Source of the DNA: Nostochopsis sp.
GTDB lineage: Bacteria > Cyanobacteriota > Cyanobacteriia > Cyanobacteriales > Nostocaceae
Assembly: GCA_051172755.1 (NCBI GenBank)
Contig: JBMNDX010000001.1
Coordinates: 863,566-927,565, forward strand
Length of the DNA: 64,000 nt
Direction: 5' to 3'
A program made the translations under genes and the position numbers. Position 1 is the stretch's first letter. Each line of letters opens with the position of its first letter. Below are positions 58,666 through 64,000 of the stretch, piece by piece. The notes beneath the pieces were generated by a model. It worked only from the letters and a program-made list of their open reading frames with translations. It had not been told where the DNA came from and made no database searches.

Positions 58666-60237
58666 ATGAAATTCATTTCCGAACCATCGATACCTGTAAA
58701 AATTCAAAAGATGAAAGAACGGGTGCGCTGGGGTAATGCAAGTATTATCCAGCGTGGGATTGATCAAACCAGCATGGTGATCGATGATCGCAACTCGGAT
58801 AATCCAGAATTTTCTTTTATGGTGATCGGTGATAGTGGGACGAAATCATACTATCAACACCATCCCCAGCGCCAAGTTGCAGAACTGATGCTTCCGCACC
58901 AAGAAGAATCTAGTTTTGTTTTGCATATGGGGGATGTAATTTATATCGTCGGTTCCCGCGAGTATTATCCTCGAAATTTTATCGAACCTTATCGGGAGTT
59001 TATCAAAGGCGGAGAAAACTACAAACGCATTCCTTACGATCGCATGGTATTTAAAACGCCGATTTTGCCAGTGCTTGGTAATCACGATTACTATGATGTA
59101 CTGCTGATGTATCGACTTTTGGCAGGAACCACATTACCACTGCGTCGCCTTTTGCGCTATAAAGATATTGAAATTGGTTGGCATGGTTCCAATCAAGGTG
59201 ATGCGTACGCACGAGCGTTTATTGATTATCTGAAAGCATTCCACAGCAAAGAACAGTTAGAATTTCATCTCGACGAACACTACACCGCCAAAACAGACAC
59301 AGGACGCTGTTTGCGCTACCAACCTGGACGTTTTACCCGCCTACCGAATCGTTATTACACCTTTCGTTACGGCGGTATTGACTTTTTCGCCCTCGACTCG
59401 AATACTTTTAACGAACCATCTCCCCTACCAGCAACCGAAGAAGGAGAAAGCAGTCGCCGTCAACTGGAAAAACGCCGCCATGAGATCGAAGACGAAGAGA
59501 TGCAAATTTTGGAAGTGTGCGATCGCCTCGACCCAGATCATCCCGAAGATGGGGAAAAACTCGACGCCCTAAAAGCCAAGTTATATCAAATCGACGAAGT
59601 TAAAATTGACATCGAAAAACAACTCGCATCCCACCAGGAACCAGCCACCGACTTTGAACAATTGGAATGGTTCAAGCAAAGGCTGATTGAATCTTGGCAT
59701 ACCCAAGAAGTAAGGGGAAGGGTAGTTTATTTCCATCATCCCCCCTACGTTACCGAAGCAAGTAAATGGGATCAAGCCCAAACTTTAGCAGTGCGTCGGC
59801 GTTTACGTTGGGTATTAGACAGCGCCGCACAAACTCTTGGTTCTGTAACTCAAGGGCGTCCGATTGTTGATTTGATTTTAAATGGTCATGCTCACTGCTT
59901 GGAATATCTCCGCACTACCGATACCGGATATGCTGACTCTCACCTCAATTGTATAATCTGCGGTGGTAGCGGTCGTCGTCCCCGTCGTCAACGAGATGAA
60001 GGGACTGAATTAATGGAGACTTTCGAGTATATAGAAGAAAAACCCACTCGTAAAATTGCGGATTCACTTTTATTTGTTGGTCGCAATGGTTACGATGTTT
60101 TCAAGCGCTTGCCATACTCATGTGTGCGGATTGATGTTAGAGGGGGTACTCCGCCTAAATTTATTGTCAAACCACTTGTTGCTGAACGGTTTCAAGGAGA
60201 GTGGTTTAACAAAGAATTAGAAGCATTTGAGATTTGA
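58666..60237 (+). CDS. calcineurin-like metallophosphoesterase with an acidic coiled-coil insertion
   Basis: MPP motifs GDSG, GDVIY, GNHDYYD, HHPPY and GHAHCLEY. Confidence 0.7.
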   Translation: MKFISEPSIPVKIQKMKERVRWGNASIIQRGIDQTSMVIDDRNSDNPEFSFMVIGDSGTKSYYQHHPQRQVAELMLPHQEESSFVLHMGDVIYIVGSREYYPRNFIEPYREFIKGGENYKRIPYDRMVFKTPILPVLGNHDYYDVLLMYRLLAGTTLPLRRLLRYKDIEIGWHGSNQGDAYARAFIDYLKAFHSKEQLEFHLDEHYTAKTDTGRCLRYQPGRFTRLPNRYYTFRYGGIDFFALDSNTFNEPSPLPATEEGESSRRQLEKRRHEIEDEEMQILEVCDRLDPDHPEDGEKLDALKAKLYQIDEVKIDIEKQLASHQEPATDFEQLEWFKQRLIESWHTQEVRGRVVYFHHPPYVTEASKWDQAQTLAVRRRLRWVLDSAAQTLGSVTQGRPIVDLILNGHAHCLEYLRTTDTGYADSHLNCIICGGSGRRPRRQRDEGTELMETFEYIEEKPTRKIADSLLFVGRNGYDVFKRLPYSCVRIDVRGGTPPKFIVKPLVAERFQGEWFNKELEAFEI

Positions 60238-60790
60238 AGCTGTAAGATGGTGCGTTACTTCTAGGACTTACGCACCAAGTTTGTCCTTTGAGGCTGGGTG
60301 TAAGGGTGTAAGAGGAATTTTAAATCCCTATTTTCCTACACCCCCACACCCTTCCCAAATGCTTTACTTTTCGTTTGACTGCGTAAGTCCTGACTTCGTT
60401 AACGCGCCCGAAATATAGTACGATCGCACACCTGTTTTCAAAGCATGATGTTTTGAGGTGAATATATCTGATCACCTCAAAACCTCCATTTTTCCTTACG
60501 AACTGCTTCCCCGCGAACAGTATTTTCTTTTCCTACTTCGTTAGAATACACATATTTATTAAGTAACTATTAAGTCATTGGAGATCCGAACTGTGATGAG
60601 TTTTGCGGAGAGCGTTAACTACATTGATAAAAACAAGTTGTTTTGCGTATGGAAAAATCACAAAAAAGTTAAATATTTAAGTTCTATTTTTCTACGATGA
60701 TTGTTTATTTATTATTCTCTTTTATTTAGTTAAAATTCTCTGCAAAACTCATTGCTGTCGCGATAAATTTGCAGTACCATTGCGAGGTTT

Positions 60791-62551
60791 TTGATGGATT
60801 GGATTCGCTTACTCAAAGCTCAACAAGCTGATTTCCTTCAACGAGTGAAAAAAACAAGGACTCATGACGTATCTTTGCTGCAAACTCAAGTCAGAGGTTG
60901 TCACACTGAAATCATTACATTTTCGGGTGAAGCACTGGAAAAAATGCTGACAGTTGCTTGCCAGAAAGCAGAAATTATGGTTAGAAATCCACCTCCTACA
61001 CCACCTGAATATGCAGATTTTTCTGACTGGAATATGCCCTTCGAGACATATTTCCAGCAGCAAGCAGAAGATTATATTTTGCGAGAGCAAATTGTTGAGC
61101 AAGTCATGCATCAATGCTTGGGTAAGTCTGTGAAAAAAGTGCCGCAAGATGCCGTAAAAAATATGGTTTTGGATGATGAAGGCAATTTATGTAGAGAGAG
61201 CAAATTTCCTTATTTATTTTTAGGCAATCCCAGTAATCAAATTCTTGTTTGTGTTGCCGATGGAGAAAGTTTTAATGGTATAAAAAGAAATAAAATTAAA
61301 TGGTCATTTACTCAAGAAGATATAAGAAATTACAGAGTTTTGATTTTTGTCTCTCTGTTTTATCCATCTCATAGTGAAAGAGGCTACGAGAAACAAGTGA
61401 TAGTTACTGGTTTTTTGCCGACAAATCAAATTGAATTTAGCGAACCAATAATTTATGTATCTCCCAGTAACTTGTTGTATGTGGGTGGATTGAGTTGGTA
61501 TTTAGCAACAGGAATTACCAAACAAGATACGCCGCTATTTTTCGATGAAATATTTTTACCAGAAAAAACTCAAACTTTACCCGCAGAGCATCCCCTCAAA
61601 GGCATAATTGGAAATTGGGAGTGTTGGCAAACACTGAAAGGACATAGTAGAGGAATTAATTGCCTTGCTTTTTATCCAGGAAGTCGAAACGGCCATTCTA
61701 CTTTAGTAGCAAGTGGAAGTTACGGAGAAACAAAATTATGGGATTTAACCAAAGGAGAATTAGTAGGTACTTTATCAGAACATCCGTGGATGTTGTCTGG
61801 ATTAGTAGATGAAGTCAATGCTTTGGCTTTCAGTCCAGACGGGCATACTTTGGTAAGTGCTGGTGCAGATTCTACAATCAAAATGTGGCACGTCGGCGCC
61901 AGGGATTTGATCGATATTCTGCACAAGCATCATGGGATGGTGCGGTGTGTGGCTTTTACTCCTGACGGACGTATGCTAGCCACAGGAGGAGACGACAGAA
62001 CAATCTGCTTTTGGGACTTGATGCAACGCCGCGTTATAGTTGCTCTCTCTTTGGATGATACTGCGGCTCATTCTCTAGCTTTGAGCCAAGACGGAGAAAT
62101 TTTAGTTACAGGTAGTTACCGCAAAATTAAGGTATGGGAAGTTTACCAACAACCAGAAGGTAAGGCTCCAAATGCCGAATTATTACATACTCTGACTAGT
62201 CATTCTCATATTGTGTGTTCTTTGGCGATGAGTAGCGATCGCAAAATTCTTGTCAGTGGTAGTCGAGATCAAACCATTAAAATTTGGCAACTAGAGACAG
62301 GGGAATTGCTGCATACTCTCAAAGGACATGAAGATGGAGTGTATGCGATCGCTCTTAGTCCTGATGGACAAATTATCGCTAGTGGTAGCGCTGACAAAAC
62401 AATTAAATTATGGCACTTACAAACAGGTGAATTATTAGCTACATTTACAGGTCATCATCACACAGTCACAGCAGTGGCGTTTACTGCTTCTGGGGAAATT
62501 TTGGTGAGTGGGAGTTTGGATAAGACGATTAAAATTTGGCAACGAAGTTAA
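60791..62551 (+). CDS. WD40-repeat protein (7 blades) with a novel about 270-aa N-terminal domain
   Basis: Repeated GH...WD motifs (GHEDGVYAIALSPDGQIIASGSADKTIKLW and similar). Confidence 0.8.
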   Translation: MMDWIRLLKAQQADFLQRVKKTRTHDVSLLQTQVRGCHTEIITFSGEALEKMLTVACQKAEIMVRNPPPTPPEYADFSDWNMPFETYFQQQAEDYILREQIVEQVMHQCLGKSVKKVPQDAVKNMVLDDEGNLCRESKFPYLFLGNPSNQILVCVADGESFNGIKRNKIKWSFTQEDIRNYRVLIFVSLFYPSHSERGYEKQVIVTGFLPTNQIEFSEPIIYVSPSNLLYVGGLSWYLATGITKQDTPLFFDEIFLPEKTQTLPAEHPLKGIIGNWECWQTLKGHSRGINCLAFYPGSRNGHSTLVASGSYGETKLWDLTKGELVGTLSEHPWMLSGLVDEVNALAFSPDGHTLVSAGADSTIKMWHVGARDLIDILHKHHGMVRCVAFTPDGRMLATGGDDRTICFWDLMQRRVIVALSLDDTAAHSLALSQDGEILVTGSYRKIKVWEVYQQPEGKAPNAELLHTLTSHSHIVCSLAMSSDRKILVSGSRDQTIKIWQLETGELLHTLKGHEDGVYAIALSPDGQIIASGSADKTIKLWHLQTGELLATFTGHHHTVTAVAFTASGEILVSGSLDKTIKIWQRS

Positions 62552-63053
62552 CGGAAGGGGAGCAGGGAGAGAAAAATCTTAATATTAGATGAAATTAAGT
62601 GCAGTAAATTTATACTTGGAAAAATTGAAACTCTATGCGATTAGTTGAAAGACAAACTGATATCTTGCACCTACCTCGTATCTCGCCAGAGAATAAATTC
62701 TCAAGCTAATAGCACAAGTCCGTTGAAACGGACTCAAACACTTCCTTAGTCAGAGAAATCTGACTTTAGCTATTAGCCAATACATTTATTTATGGCTCTT
62801 CAGCACATAGTATGCTAAATACGTCGCTAAATAAGGTTTAAACCCTTACTGGGCAATAGTAATAGCCGTTATTCTCAGTTTTTTAGGCTTGATTCTGAAA
62901 TTTAGGCTACAAGTGTCTGTAAGCCTTGATTTTAAAGCAAAGTTATCGACTTTAATTAAAAACTCAGCATAACACCTACTGAAGAACCTTATTTATTGGT
63001 GGGATGACAATCTGCTGCAAGATATCAGCTAACCCGTCTTGATAATTATCTAC

Positions 63054-63644
63054 TTATTTTGATTTACTAGGAGGGGTTTTTACCTGACGCGCCATCTCTA
63101 AGAAAGAATTCATATTCGCTCCAGGACGACGACGACCATTTGTATTAGTAGGTATCAAGTACTTAGGTGCGAAGGTTGTTTCTGCTGGCTGTGCTTTAAG
63201 TGCGGGTGCTTTGTCCTCTTTTGGCTGTAGTGTAACACCTTCAGCAGTTTGTACGAATTCAACCTTAGCAGGCTCAGGTTTAGCTTCTGCTTTAGCTTTT
63301 TTCGCTGATTTAACTGAGGTTTTACCAGAAGGCTTCTTAACTTCTTTTGCTCCGTTAGATGTTTCTGGAGCAGCTGCAACTGATGCTGGTAATTGTTTAG
63401 CACCATTATTTGCAGCAACAGCTTTATCTGCTTCACTCTCAGTCATCTCAGAAACTTTATTGGCTGCACTCTTAGCAGCAGCAGCGAGTTTGTCAGCAGC
63501 AGATTTAGCCTTCGCGACTGGTGGTGTATTTTCAGCTTCTTCTTTCAATTCCAGATAATAACCATTACCTTTTTTCTTGCCAGGAAAAAGCCCAGTGATA
63601 AATTTCATAATTCCACTAATTAAATTTTTGATAAAACCGAACAT
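63054..63644 (-). CDS. Ala/Lys-rich low-complexity protein with a predicted N-terminal amphipathic helix
   Basis: MFGFIKNLISGIMKFITGLF followed by a KAKAEAKPE-type low-complexity region. Confidence 0.4.
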   Translation of the reverse strand: MFGFIKNLISGIMKFITGLFPGKKKGNGYYLELKEEAENTPPVAKAKSAADKLAAAAKSAANKVSEMTESEADKAVAANNGAKQLPASVAAAPETSNGAKEVKKPSGKTSVKSAKKAKAEAKPEPAKVEFVQTAEGVTLQPKEDKAPALKAQPAETTFAPKYLIPTNTNGRRRPGANMNSFLEMARQVKTPPSKSK

Positions 63645-64000
63645 TACAATTACTCCTGTCTTTTATACCTGAAATTTGAGTACTTTTATTAAAAATTAGA
63701 GAAAATTATTACATTTCTTAGAGTTGTTGCTAGCTCTAACTCATCCTTTGTAATCAACAGTTTGATGAAGCTGTTCTTAAAGCTAAAAAACAAAGTGCAG
63801 CACCGTTTTCATTTGCTTTTACAAATGCTCAAGAACAAGCAACAGTACTCTAACGAATCCTACAAATTTTTTATCTCAAGTATTTGGAATAGTTGATACT
63901 TAAGTGCAATTATTAAATTTTTGTGGATGTGAGAGCAACATTCTGAAAGCTAATTTCACAAAACTTAACATGTACTTCCATTATACGTAAATCTGAGGTC

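Overview
The window looks like chromosomal DNA from a filamentous cyanobacterium, probably Nostocales. The basis is the density of HIP1 octamers (GCGATCGC), heptanucleotide tandem repeats at gene ends, a high-light-inducible protein gene with an RpaB/HLR1-like motif, and an atpD-atpC (beta-epsilon) pair that matches the cyanobacterial atpBE arrangement. Gene density is about 75%, and the content mixes housekeeping and accessory genes.

Main content, in order of position:
- a DUF2294-like protein, a receiver domain and an orphan TpsB-type outer-membrane secretion barrel
- a three-gene minus-strand operon (5350-12703): a dynamin-like GTPase (851 aa), a giant Hsp70/actin-fold ATPase (1139 aa) and a 394-aa protein with no recognisable domain, with near-identical palindromic hairpins in both internal intergenic spacers
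- an orphan ABC ATPase, an XRE regulator, a TnpB remnant, msrB, a 63-bp x3.4 tandem repeat, a cobalamin-type radical SAM enzyme and a P1B-4 (SPC-motif) heavy-metal ATPase
- an amino-acid substrate-binding-protein gene destroyed by a TnpB (IS200/IS605-type) insertion
- a NitT/TauT-type ABC transporter (NrtB/NrtA/NrtD-like) and an ArsB/NhaD-type permease
- an AT-rich four-gene cluster (30679-35016): coiled-coil protein, OmpA-domain membrane protein, Ras-like small GTPase and histidine kinase, preceded by a 1.1-kb leader with an attenuator-like terminator
- an hli gene, a 1038-aa membrane protein with eight ~90-aa tandem repeats, a flotillin with a second TnpB element 64 bp upstream, and atpD/atpC
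- a LemA/TPM pair, two hypothetical genes with abutting stop and start codons, a vWA protein with novel C-terminal repeats and an ABC exporter
- a three-gene two-component cluster, then an AT-rich block encoding an unknown protein, a metallophosphatase and a WD40 protein

At least three families of short palindromic dispersed repeats are present. No rRNA, tRNA or CRISPR was found.

The most interesting candidates for an undescribed system are the dynamin/Hsp70-like/unknown operon and the small-GTPase/OmpA/histidine-kinase cluster.
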